From the NCBI RefSeq assembly GCF_009914755.1, contig NC_060933.1: a stretch of 64,000 nt of DNA; one strand, written 5' to 3'. Shown piece by piece: positions 23,811 to 38,619 of the stretch. Positions within the stretch are counted from its first letter, which is position 1. Every line of letters begins with the position of its first letter. The position numbers and the translations under genes are program-made. The notes under the pieces were generated by a model. That model was not told the DNA's origin, made no database searches, and was given only the letters and a program-made list of their open reading frames with translations. Origin of the DNA: the human T2T-CHM13v2.0 reference genome, Homo sapiens.

Positions 23811-24620
23811 GTGAGTACAGATGCTTATTTCATTTCCTGTTGAGTTTCCTATCCTCCAAAGCCCAGTGGTGTGACATACTTCAAGAATGGGAGAAGGAGA
23901 GAAAAGGGGAGAGCAAGGGGATCCCAGAAGCAGAAAGAGGACAAAGGCGGAGTCTGAGCCACTGATGCTCCAAAAACGGTGCCCAACCTGGTGATCCCCA
24001 AACTGAGTAACTCGAGCCTCCCTGCTGCCACATCAGCCCAGCCGTCATCATCAGAGTAGCTATTCCTTCTAGCTCCTCGTCTAAGGAGACACTGAATTCT
24101 CTACGTTTTCCAGATGTGGACACTGAGATGTAAAGATGTTACATAATGTGTCTAAGAACACGGCATGTAAGTAGATGGTTGGGCTGAAGCACCCAAACCT
24201 AAGCTGGCCAGCTCTAAACATGCATTGCTTTCCCCATTCTGTGCTGCTGCTCGCGGAAAGAGACTGGGCCCAGACATTAGTAATGGTCTCTCCAGGGGCA
24301 ACTCGTGGGGAGCGGCTGTGGTCTCCCTGAGCTCACAAGAGGCTGGAGGATTTTCACAGGTGCTGGAGGACACTCCTGGGCCACAAGTCTCATGGGCTAC
24401 GAGTCTCAGCCTGACTAGGACTCAATCTGACATCTCCTTGAGGCCAAGAAGTGTTTGATGAAGGAATGTTGATTCAGCTCCAGGGAGGAAGGGCAGAAGC
24501 AAGGGTGGTGGGCGGAGGGCATGTTCAATGCAGCTCAATTTCATTGTACTTGGCTTTGCCTCAAAAAGTCTGCGTGGAAGGTGCAAGCGGCTCTCAACAT
24601 GGACGCATCCCCAAGACAGG

Positions 24621-24927
<307 letters not shown>

Positions 24928-24939
24928 CTGCAAGACAAC

Positions 24940-25175
24940 TTTTTTGAGTGAAAAAGACAAATCATAGGTAGATAGCACACTATTTATGTGAAGATGCATA
25001 TACACACAAAATACCATAAAGTTTCTGTGGGCGTATATGTGCCCACACTTGCATTCGTGCAAACACATGTGTGTCTAGAAGGAGTTATTTCTCACCGGGG
25101 CTACCCCAGAGGGTGGGATTGGAGTAGTGGTCAAGAAGGACTTTAGCCTTATCCAAATATTTTAATTTTAAAGAG
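24940..25175 (+). mobile_element. Old L1 (L1ME/MC-like) 3' UTR fragment
   Basis: tgagtgaaaaagacaaatca...ggggctaccccagagggtgggattgg...gaaggactttagccttatc. Confidence 0.45.
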
Positions 25176-25470
25176 TAGAGCGGATCTGTGTATTATTTTG
25201 GCAGTGGAAACCTACACTTAACATGGCAGTTAAATAAAAAGCTGCCGTTTCTCTGACTGCCCCCCGAGGGCTGCCATTTGACAAACTCTGCATTGACCAT
25301 CCCCTGAGTAACTGAGGCTTGGCGGTGTCTCTGTGAAGTCCTGTGACTTCAGTCTTGGAGTAAAGAGCAAAATGGGTTGAGGCTATGCGAGTTCCCACTG
25401 CTCTTGGGTCTGGGTCGGAGGCCACTGTCGTGACACTGGGAAGTCCTGCCCCGGCCCGGTGGGCCCTTCC

Positions 25471-25831
<361 letters not shown>

Positions 25832-26724
25832 TGACCCATTGTTTTTGATGCTGCAAGGGAGCTCAGTAAAGGCTTAAAGGGTCTTTCTTTGCACACACAC
25901 CTGAACCTTACCAGAGAGTCCAGACAAGACGTTCTGGAAGGAGGGGCAAGTAGCCTGCGTCTGGGCTGCCACGGTGTGTGTGGGGGGCGGTTATGCTGGT
26001 GCCTCCGCCGCACACACCGAGGCTGGCCCAGCCTCGGCCACAGGGCACCAGTCAACGTGTCTATAAGTTACATTCAATCCTGCAAAGCAGGCAGATCTTT
26101 CTTACAGGGAATTCCTTCTCAACTCATTAGACATGGGATTAAACAGATACTGTGTTTCCCCTTTACCTTAATCTCCAGTAATCCCAAATAATCTCCCTAC
26201 TAAAGATGACAAAGTCCTCCGTGGGGTTGACTCATATGCCTGTGGCTTGGGCAGCCAGGTGCCTGTGGCAGCATGAACTGCCTCCCTCCAGGGACGTGTC
26301 CAGTGTCTGGAGGGGACCCAGGAGCTGGCAAGTTGCCAAGTTGACCTGATTCAGAGTAAAATCCTCACCTCTTTCCTAACTGTGTGACAGCGTCTCAGTG
26401 CTCGTATTCCATGAGTGCCAAACCACACAGCCCAATGTTGTGGGGGATCAGAGTCCAGCTCTTGGGGGCTTTCCTTCTGGGCCCCCCACTGGAGTGGCAA
26501 GGAAACCCAGACTTTCTTGTCAGGTAGCAATGTCACACAGTGCAGCAAAGGACTCATTCGGTGAGAAAAAGACATGACTGGTGAGTTCGAGGAGGATGTG
26601 GAAGCTCAAAGAGATGGTTCAATAGAAAATAATTACATTTTATTTGGATGTAATGGATGAGTGGCTAATCATGCCTGCAAAGAATCTTTATTCCCTGGTG
26701 CAATATGTAGCTGATGTGCTGTGC

Positions 26725-26910
26725 TTGGTGAGGCAGCCTGGTGCAGAGACAGGAATTTGGATTCTGGAGGCAGGAGAACTGAGTTCGAGTCCCATTTCTG
26801 CTACTCACTAAGAGTGTGATCTTGGACAAACCAATCACCTCTCTGAGCCACAATTTCCTCACCAGGAAAAGCAGCTACAATAACTGCCCTTCCATGAATG
26901 TGAAGCTTAA
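26725..26910 (+). mobile_element. MIR
   Basis: ctgagttcgagtcccatttctgctactcactaagagtgtgatcttggacaaa...ctctctgagccacaatttcctca. Confidence 0.75.
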
Positions 26911-26954
26911 AAATAATATATATAACAATAACTCTTATCATAGTACCGTTTATG

Positions 26955-27390
26955 TTACATTAGTCAGAACTCATAGTCACAAGTGACATAAACCCAATCC
27001 CAGCAAGATATTTTTTAAAAAGCAATTTATTGGCTTATCTCACTTAAAAGTCTAGGAGCTTCAGGCATGGCTTAATCTAGGTGCTCAAACTGAACCTTGA
27101 AGAATCAAGCTTTCTCTTTCATTTGAGCTGGCTTCAAATTCCCAGATGATACTTGCATGTGTTGGATAGATCATCTGTCCATCCTCAAGCCCATTACCAT
27201 GTCCTGAGGATCAGAATATGTTGGTCATGCCTTCATCCTGTGTCGGATCTTGCAGCCAGGCACGGGGGTATACCCCACATGAACCAGGGGGAGGTTAAGG
27301 GGATAATCCTAGGGAAAACTAGGTATGTGTGCCCTGGATATGGGTCCCCTGATCTCCCAAGAAAGGATCATGGAGGCCAGGCAGGTAAAA
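26955..27390 (-). mobile_element. Old MaLR LTR (MLT1K/L-like)
   Basis: attagtcagaactcatagtcacaagtgacataaacccaa...gcttcaggcatggcttaatctaggtgctcaaac. Confidence 0.55.
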
Positions 27391-27662
27391 ACAACAGACT
27401 CCCACGACTGACCAGGGGGTGCGTTTAGAGGACTCTAATTGCAAGATGGACTCACCGTGGAGGATTATTGTTCTATAGAGGGTTGCTGTTGATTTCCTTG
27501 GCTCTTTGTAAGTTTTCTGATTTCATAGCTTTTCAGAAATGCAAATGAGTAGCTGAATTAACAAGTTCTTCTTAATGTATATGCAAGAATATCATTTAAA
27601 ATTCCCCATTGTCCTAAATTTCCATGGGAGTAATCAAACCGAGTTTTAAAAGTAATTGGAAT

Positions 27663-27937
27663 GGACAAGGCATGGTGGCTCATGCCTCTAATTCCAGCAC
27701 TTTAGGAAGCTGAGGCAGGTGGATCACTTCAGGTCAGGAGTTCGAGACCAGCCTGGCCAACATGGTGAAACCCCATCTCTACTAAAAATACAAAAATTAG
27801 CCAGGCATGGTGGTGCGTGCCTGTAGTCCCAGCTACTCAGGAGGCTGAGGCAGGAGAATCGCTTGAACTTGGGAGGCAGAGGTTGAGGTGACTGCCCCAC
27901 AGCCTGGGCAACAGAGACTCTGTCTAGGAAAAAAAAA
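27663..27937 (+). mobile_element. AluS with right-arm deletion
   Basis: ggtcaggagttcgagaccagcctggccaacatgg; flanks taattggaa on both sides. Confidence 0.93.
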
Positions 27938-29309
27938 TATAATTGGAACGGACTTCAAGGACGTGTTTTTAGCTCTTACTATCAATGTGGAGGGAAGTTA
28001 GTAGACACACCCAACCCTCCAGCCTGCTTTGGGTATATTTCACCAGTTCATTTGCCACGAATTATTTATTAGTTGGGTGTCTTTGGGAGTGGAGGTTCCT
28101 AAAATACTAGAAGGCTCTCTTGTCATCAGAGAACACTGGGTTTGATTTGCTCTAATTCAGCAATGATTGACCTAGCAGCAAAGTTTGACAATACAAAGGA
28201 GAAAAACCCTTACCCAAAGGGCACAATAAGTGCACAAATAATTAATACAAGACAGAATGTGAATGTGATGGAAAATGAATGAAGGGCTATGGGGATTCAG
28301 AAAAGGATAATAATCATTTTGCGAGTGCAAAAGTCCTTTCATGGAAGGGAGAACATTGAGATGGACTTTGAAGGGCGAGGTTGTGTTGGTGGAATCGCTT
28401 CCTGGCTGAATGAACCTGGGCAGATGTCTTGTAGGATTCAAGCCAACAAAAGATTTCTCCTTTCACAGCTCAAAAATAAACAGTGCCTCTCCCAATAGTA
28501 GACAACCTCTCCTGAGGGCTTGCTCTGATTTGAGCTTCTGGTTCAGAGGTGTGACCTGCCTTGTAATGCGTGCACCTCTCTCCCTGCAGCCTTCCTTGCA
28601 TTGTGTGTGGTAGGCTTTGTGGGTGGATCTGGGAGCTGGATCAAATGCATTGCAAGTTTTGGAGTCTCACCACACCTTGCAATTTTAACATTACATATAA
28701 ATGGGTTATAATTCATTAACTAAGTGCATAAAGATAAGAAAGACTTTCCCCTTCTCTGAGCTGATGGGAGCACAGTGTCCAGCAGGTCTCTGCCTGAGCG
28801 ATGGCTCCCTTGGAACCATGAAGGCTGAAATTCTCAACAGTCACTTGGATCGCTTCCTCCACTCCATACACTTTTATCATGGCCTGTTAATTTGTGCCCT
28901 GAAAAGTCTTTTTTTAGATTTAAAGAAATTAAAAAAAAATTGCTTGAGCCTTGCTCTGTTATAACCTGATTAAAAGGGAACCCAGAGGGCAGCATGTTGT
29001 CAAGGCCAGGTTTAAGGCTTCTGGGCTTGAATTTCCGCCATGACGTACCACCCTCTCGTGGCTTTAGTTGGGGTTCTGCTTTCTTGGCTGCCACCTGTCC
29101 ATTTCTGGAAAAAAGACTGTTCTGGGAACAAGCTCGCTCACAGAACAGGAGATACTTTTCTGCCTTCATGGGTCTCTGTCAGAGGCCCTGCTTTGGGTGC
29201 TTGAGAGAATTCAGAAGAGGAAAAAGAAGTCCCCACCAGGTCAGTGGGTGATTCAGGGTCCCTGGAGTCTTCCCTGTGCGTCATGTCCTGACATCTGCCT
29301 TTTGTAAAA

Positions 29310-29590
29310 AAATAATTTTTAATTAATGTTTAATTAACAAAATTATACCTATTAATGATGTACAGCATGATGTTTTGAAATATGTGTATATTGTGGAATG
29401 GCTAAATTCCACAATGTATATATATTTAACATGTGTATTACTTCACGTACTTAACATATGTATTATTTCACATACTTATCATTTTTGTAGCAATTTTCAA
29501 GAATACATTGCTATTAACTATAATCTCCAAGTTGTAGAATTGTGTGTCCTTTGACCAATATCCCCCCGTTACCCTCCCTACCCCACATCA
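29310..29590 (-). mobile_element. L1MA/MB 3' end fragment
   Basis: tacagcatgatgttttgaaatatg...attgtggaatggctaaat...ttttcaagaatacattgctattaactata. Confidence 0.75.
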
Positions 29591-30343
29591 ATCTTTGAGT
29601 CTCTCCCTTGATCTTTGAGTCTTCTTTGTTAGCCAGGCCTGGGCTCTGAGAGATGCCCCAGCCCCTGCTCGGCCTGTGGGTGCTTATGCAGGGAGGCGGG
29701 AGGTGTCCATTGTTCCCCACCTAGATTTAAAGAGAAGGGAGTGAGAGAAGCTGCCTGGCACCAGAAGGCAGTACCTCTGAATTCAGGGACTTTGTTCTCA
29801 CCTAGAAGGGGAGAACTGGTTTTAGAATCAAAATTGTTGACATGCCATTTGTGACTGTGCCAACCAAGATACCTTTCCTCTAGAAAGCCAAAACATTCTA
29901 CCTGTGAAAGCCATCAACCTACATGAGGACTGCAGACATATTTGGGTATGTTTAAAAGAGAGGATGATGAGAGCAGGATGCTTGATGGACGGGGGTCCCT
30001 GAAAGCTGCGGCTGCAGTGAGGTGCCAGGGTGAGAGGATGACGGCAGGAAGGGGAGGAGATCTGGGCCCATAGCCTGCCTTGGAAACTGGTGGAGGAACG
30101 AGGAAGTGAGTGATTTTGGAGGGGTCCAGTTTAGCAGAGCGGGGAGTCTGAGATAAATACCCCTGCTTGGCTTCTCTGTAGTTCTCCTTTTGGCAGATTT
30201 TGAGAGTAAAGTGAGTGGTCAGGCCTGCGAGGGGCTCCCAAGGAAGGGAATCCCTGCAGATGACTGCTCCACCAAGGGCCATCCGGTGGTCACTAGGAAG
30301 TTTCTGCCTGGATTGCTGGAAGGACAGCGCATCAGGAGGGGGT

Positions 30344-30649
30344 GGCCAGGTGCAGTGGCTCATACCTGTAATCCTAGCACTTTCGGAGGCTGAGGTGGGA
30401 GCATTGCTTAAGGCCAGGAGTTGGAGACCAGCCTGGGCAACATAGTGAGACCTCATCTCTACCAGGAAAAAAACAAAAACAAAAACCGAGTATGGTGGAG
30501 TGCACCTGTAGTCCCAGCTACTCAGGAGGCCAAGGCTAGAGGGTCCCTTGAGCTCAGGAGTTCAAGGCTGCAGTGAGCCATGATCGCACCACTGCACTCC
30601 AGCCTGGGCAACGGAGCGAGATCACGTCTCTAATAAAAAGAAAAAAAAA
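30344..30649 (+). mobile_element. AluJ
   Basis: ggccaggtgcagtggctcatacctgtaatcc...gagttcaaggctgcagtgagccatgatc. Confidence 0.94.
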
Positions 30650-31518
30650 TCAGGAAGAAATCAAGGGTGTTTAGGTGCCAATTTTATCTGGATTTTTCTG
30701 TGTGTGAGAGAGGGAGATAGCGAGAGTGATGCATGGATTCCTCCTGAGTTAATGAATGGGGCTGTGATGGTTTCTCTCTGCCTTCCTCATAGGGACGCAC
30801 TCTGGGGTAGTGGGGAGACACAGCAGGGCACTGAGGTCCCTGAGGGGAGTGGCTGGGGAGCACTGGATTCTGGACTGGAGAGGGCAGGCACCATGGGCCC
30901 TGGGAGGAGAGCACAGTTATGACCAAGCCAGCAGTGGGGCTCAGTGCTAAGCACTTTCATGGCCTGACTCCACTGGATCTCATATGCCTCTTGGGGTAGA
31001 CAGGCAGGCGTGTTCCAGGTTTGGTTTTCTCATCTGATAGAGGTGCAGAGAGTTTGGGTCTCTAGCTCAAGATGTGCCCCAGCCTTTGTCAGCATGCAGT
31101 TCTCACCTCCTCTGTAGCTCACAGACCCATGAAACAGCTTTGCTGGGGAATCATGGCCCCTCAAAGGACAGCATCTCATCCTGAGTACCATCTGTGATTC
31201 TAACAGGCCCATCTGAAGGCAAGGAGCTGACTCAAGCAGCTCTCAGAGAAGGGGAAACCAACAGACACAAAGCTTCCACTTGAGGCATGCTGGCTTTAGG
31301 GGAATATACTCCAAACTTTGGACCATAGGGCATAACTTTTTCCCTGGAATGAGGCAGCCCCTCTCACCTCTCCTACAACTTTATTACTTATTTCAGCCTC
31401 GGTGTTCTGAGCATATACTGTGTGGCAGGCACTTGGAGAAATAACAGTGCCTGAACAGACAAGAACTCTGCATCCTCCTGGAGTTTACATCCCAACGGCA
31501 CAGGACACAGGATGGTTA

Positions 31519-32405
<887 letters not shown>

Positions 32406-34904
32406 GTTACGAACATGTGGGTTGTTAGATGGAGGTCAGTGCTGTGAGAAAAACAGAGCAAGGGAGAGCGACCTATAGGAGTTGCCATTTTAGACAGAGT
32501 GGCTGGAAAGGGTGTCACCAAGGGTGCCTTGGGGAGAGACGGAAGAGGGCGGGGGGTGAACCAGGTGGATCCCTGGGGGAGGCTGGTCCAGGCAGCGAGA
32601 ATAGCAGGTGCAAGTGCCCAGGAGTGTTTAAGGAACAGCAAGCAGGCTGCGTGGCTGGGACTGGGGGTGAGGTCCCAGGAGTCATGGTGGGGCCGCAGTG
32701 CTTGCGGCTCAGGGCCCAGTGGCCAGCTGTGAGGAGTCTGCGTTTTCTCTGAGTGATGGGCATGAGGGAGCTGAGCAGTGGAGTCACACTCCAACTCATG
32801 GTGTAAGGTGGCCACTCTGGCTGGGTGTTGAGAATAGACTGAAGGGAGGCTAGGACAGAAACAGGGACCAGGAAGCCATCGTGGTGATCCAGAGGAGAGA
32901 TGATGGTGCTTGGACCGGGGTGGGAGTGTGGGGTGCTGTGTGAGGGTGGAGCTGGGGCTGGATCCTGATCCATTCCATGGCTTGTGTGCAGAGTGTGAGT
33001 TGCGAGAGAAACAGAGGACTCCAGGAGGACCCTCCACATTTTCCAGGTGACAGGAAGTGATCTGGAGTGACTTCACTAAGGTGGGAAAGACTGGGAGAGG
33101 CAGAGCTCTGGGGGGCGCTCAGGAACCCTCTATGGGACACACTAAGGTTGAGAAGTCCTTTAAACACCCTAGTGGGAGTGTAGAAAATGCACTCACAAGA
33201 CTGGGTTTAGGGGTGAGGTCCAGGCTGGAGCAGTGGTGGCTTGAGGCCTCAGCACATGGATGGTGTGGAGGGAAGAGCTGACCAACAAGGGAGCCCCGGG
33301 CCCCAGAATTAAAAGGTCACAGAGAAGACCAGCACGTGGGGAGCATTTTCTTCTATTCCAGACACGGGTTTATCTAGAGAGAGCTGCAGCTTACGTGGCG
33401 ACTGGAAAATGTACTTCTGACCTTATCTGCCCGTAGAAGTATAGACGAGGTTCTCTTCCAACCTGGGACTTTGCAGGTGATGCTGGCCTGCACTTTTAAA
33501 TTCTGTTGGGACAACATGGACCTGCAACGCTTTGAAGAGCTGGAGAAGGACTCCATGCGCCTCAGAGGCAGACAGTATTGCAGAGGAGAGGGGGTCTGGG
33601 CACAGCCAGGGCTGGGTTCCACTGTCCATTCCTCCCTAACCTGCCAGCAATTCTGAACTCACCAAGCTAGGGTTCCTTATCGGTGAAGCTGAGACAATAA
33701 TAATAATACAGTATATGGTGTGTATATAATAACAAATAGGACGAGTTCAAGGAGTAAATAGTGATACATGTTAACGGCACTTAGTGTCTAAACATGGTGA
33801 GCCCTTAAGACACGTCGGCTTATTCCTGTTGCTGTTTTTAATGCCATCTTACTTTAAAGTACTTTGAGATTTCAAGTGAAAACTTGCCAAAAAAAAAAGT
33901 ACAATTAACTACCAGGAATTTTAGACAAATAAATGCATTTAAACTAAGCCGTATTTTACAAACTCTTAAAGGTTAAATTTCCTGTATGTTCATGTAAATA
34001 AACTACTTACTAATATCGGCACTTCAAAATGTGCAAATTAAAGGGAGGAAATTTGGGGTACTCCATATTTCTCCATTGTTTGTTTCACTTGAATAAAATT
34101 CTGTTTGATTACCAGCTCACAGGGGTTACTCTGTCTGAAGGGACATGCATTGGAAAGGGTTAAAGCAGTAGAAACGGCTTTCTTTTCACTGAGACCCAGC
34201 GAGACCCACTCAGTGGTCAGTGAAAGTGAAAGGATGGATGCTTTGGCTTCCTTCCACTTCCTCCACTTTTTCCTGTTTCTCTTATAAACCTGTGAGTTCC
34301 TAGAGGATTGTTCAGCTGTATCTGCCCAGTACACAGTGGGTACTCAGGCATATTTGTTAAAAAAAACAAAGTTATTGGTGACTGACCGACTGACCAGCTG
34401 ATCGACTGAGGGAGTGAATGAAAGAAGGAAGCTCAATGCTTTCCCTTAAGAAGCTCCCATGGGGTGGAGATGGCAGATGTTTACCAGACCCATAGAATGC
34501 AGTGTGTTAGTATTAAGACAGACACCTTGCTGTAGGCAGGAGTTTTAAATTGGGCCTGCATCCCTCAAGATGTCCTCAGAGACTTCTTGGGGTGGGTGTG
34601 GCCTGAGCTGGTTTTAAGGGAGTCAACTGTGGATGCTCACTCTCCATTGACTCTCCTAAGATGCGTTGCCCATGCACACAGCTGTGACGGGGTGCCAGCC
34701 CCTGGCCTTCCCCAATGCCTCGTCACAGTTCTCTTCTCCCACTTGGCCAAAGAAACTCAGGGCACCCCTCACTCATGCTGAACCTCACCTTGGGGTCTTG
34801 CTCTGGACTGTGAGAGTCTTTGGGGGCAATAAAGCTATGATTCAACATACTGGTGTAGGCAAAGCTTCTGTGACTGGACACTGCTGACCTGCAGAGAGAC
34901 CACC

Positions 34905-35270
34905 AGTGTCTTTCTGTTTAGGGGGGTCTCAGAAGCAGAAGCTGAGACAGAGTTAGGGGTGCCAGATATTTATTAGGGGTCAACAACTGTCAAGGAACAG
35001 GGGAGGAAGCAAGATTGGGCAGAAGAAGTCAAACTTCGCTATAGACCCGACAAACGCTTAGTCAGCCCCGGCGGATGTGCTGGAGCAAGCATTGCCCACC
35101 AAGGTGGCTCTCTTTGGGCAGAAAAGGCAGACTAGGCTGGCCTCCCTGCAGCTGAGGCTGACTCTGAAGGAGCTGACAGCTGGAGGCCATCTGCTGGCCT
35201 CAATCCCACAGCTGGGTAACAAAGGCTTCCCTGGAGGAGAGCCACACGGTGCACTCTGTCCAGCACACCT
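34905..35270 (-). mobile_element. Old ERVL LTR (LTR16-like)
   Basis: ggtctcagaagcagaagctgagacagagttaggggtgccagatatttattagggg. Confidence 0.55.
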
Positions 35271-35635
35271 CCCTATGCTAGCGTGGTTCCGCTAAGGGCA
35301 AAATGTCGTGTTCGGAAGAGGGATATTTTGACCTGAGTTGGAGTGTTTTGAACTCAGATGTTTTGCAGAGTGAGGCAGCAGGATTGATGAGAATTTCTGT
35401 CCAAGAAGCTCACTTCTTCCATCCCCTAAATAAATAATATCAAAGAACGTATGTCCCTAAAGAAAGAGTCCACAAAAATGAAGGGAGGAGGGTATCAAAG
35501 GCAATCGCAAAGACTTTCTTTCATGGAGGCAATTAATTCATGGCGTGGTGCTGTACTTTCTTGATGTCCCTCTCTGAGATGAACAGCTGGTCTACCAATC
35601 ATTTGCCACCATGGCCTCGCCTCGTTTCATTGCTC

Positions 35636-35697
35636 TTTGCTTTATTTGCACTTTGCAGATATTGCTTTATTTGCACTTTGCAGATATTGCTTTATTT
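35636..35697. repeat. 25-bp tandem duplication in the Tigger1 5' end
   Basis: ttgctttatttgcactttgcagata about 2.5 times. Confidence 0.85.
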
Positions 35698-35871
35698 ACA
35701 AATGGAAGGCTTTTTGCATCGAGCAAGTCTAACCGAGCCATTTTCCAACTGCACGTGCTCACTTCATGTCTCTGTGTCACATTTTGGCAATTTTAGCAAT
35801 ATTTCAAACTTTTTATATTATATCCTGTTATGGTGATCCGTGATCAATGATCTCTGATGTTACTACTGTAA

Positions 35872-36177
<306 letters not shown>

Positions 36178-37080
36178 TATTTTAATTGTTTTGGGGCACC
36201 ATGAACCATTCCAATAAAAGATGGCGAACTTAATCAATAAATGCTGTGTGTGTTCTGAGTGCCCATTCCTTGTCTATATCCCTTGCCTTGGGCCTCCCTG
36301 AGACAAAACAATATTAAAAGTAGGCCAGTTAATAACCCTAATGGCTAGTAAGTGTTCCAGTAAGGAGGAGTTGCATATCTCTGACATTAAATGATTAAGC
36401 TAGACATGATTAAGCTGAATGAGGAAGGCATGTTGAAAGCTGAGACAGGCCAAAAGCTAAGCCTTTTGAGCCAAACAGTTAGCCAAATTGTGAATGTAAA
36501 GGAAGAGTTTGTAAAAGAAATTGAAAGTGCTACTCCAGTGAACACACGAATGATAACATAGCAAAATACCCCTTTTGCTGACCTGGAGAAAGTTTGAGTG
36601 GTCTGGATAGAAGGTCAAACTAGCTATAATGTTCATTTAAGCCAAAGCCTAATCCAGAGCAAGGCTCAGTACTGAATCTCTTCAATTCTGTGAAGGCTGA
36701 GAGTAGTGAGGAAGTTGCAGAAGAAAAGTCAGAAGCTAGCAGAGGTTGGTTCACGAGGTTTAAGGAAAGAAGCCATCTCCATAACATAAAAGTACACAGT
36801 GAAACAGCAAGTGGAGATGTAGTAGCTGCAGCAAGTTATCCAGAAGATCTAGCTAAGATGAAGGTGGCCACACCAATCAACAGATTTTCAGTGTAGGTAA
36901 AACAGCCTTAAATGCAAAGAAGATGCTACCTAGGACTTTCATAGCTAGAGAAGAGAAGTCAGTGCCTGGCTTCAAAGGACAGGCTGACTCTCTTGTTAGA
37001 GGCTAATGCAGCTGGTGACTATAAGTTGAAGCCAATGTTCATTTACCATTTTGAAGATCCCAGGGCCCTTAAGAATTAGG

Positions 37081-37450
<370 letters not shown>

Positions 37451-38619
37451 TCACAACATGGTTTACTGAAGATTTTAAGCCCACTATTGAGAACTACTGC
37501 TCAGAAACAAAGATTCTTTTCCAAATATTACTGCTCATTGTTAATGTACCTGGTCACCCAAGAGCTCCAACAGAGATGTGCAAGGAGATCAACATTGTTT
37601 TCATGCCTGTGAACACAACATCCATTCAGCAGCTCATGGATCAAGCAGTCACTTTGACTTTCAAGACTCAGTATTTAAGAAATACATTTCATAAGGCCTT
37701 AGCTACCATACTTAGTGATTCCTCTAATGGATCTGGGCAAAGTACATTGACAGCCTTCTAGAAAGGATTCACCATAGTAGATGCCATTAAGAACATTTGT
37801 GATTTATGGAAGGGGTCAAAGTATCAATATTAACAGGAGTTTAGAAGAACTGGATTCCAACCCTTATGGATGACTCTGAGGGGCCAACATTTCAGAGGAG
37901 GAAGTCACTGCAGATATGGTGAAAATAGCAAGAAAACTAAAATTAGAAGTGGAGTCCAAAAGTGTGACTGAATTGCTGCAATCTCATGATAAAACTTTAG
38001 TGTATGAGGAGTTGATTCTCATGGATGAGCAAAGAAAGTGAGATGGACTCTGATCCTGGTGAAGCTGCTGTGAACATTGTTGAATGACAACAAAAGATTT
38101 AGAATATTCCATAATCTTAGTTGATAAAGCACTGCAGGGTTTGAGAGGATTTACTCCAATTTTGAAAGAAGGTCTACTGTGGGTCAAATGCTATCAAACA
38201 GCATCACCTGCTACAGAGAAATCTTTTGTGAAACGGAGAGTCAATTGATGTGGCAGACTTCACTGTTGTCTTATTTTAAGACATTGCCACAGTCACCCCA
38301 GCCTTCAGCTGCCACCACCCTGATCAGTCAGCAGCTATCAACATCAAGGCAAGGCCCTCTACCAGCAAAAAGACTGTGACTCACTTAACGCTCAGATGAT
38401 CATTAGCATTTTTTTAGCAATAAAATATTTTTGAATTACGGCATGTACATCTTTAAAAAACATAACTCTATTGCACACTTAATGGACTACAGTGTAGTGT
38501 AAACATAACTTTTATAGCACTAGGAAACCAAAACAATGTGTGACTCACTTTATTGTGATGTTTGTGATATTTGTTTTATTGCGGTGGTCTGGAATAAAAC
38601 CTGAGGTATGCAATACGCC

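Noticed and set aside
26524-26580. 57-nt candidate exon (cttgtcag ... CTG|GTGAGT)
   Set aside because: Stops in all three frames and modest acceptor; nothing else supports it.
27456-27552. Minus-strand candidate exon ending ACG|GTGAGT
   Set aside because: Weak acceptor, stops in all frames; one of many isolated minus-strand donor-like sites that do not form a consistent chain.
33477-33575. Protein-like peptide VMLACTFKFCWDNMDLQRFEELEKDSMRLRGRQ after ttgcag
   Set aside because: No convincing donor, several competing acceptors, no recognisable homologue.
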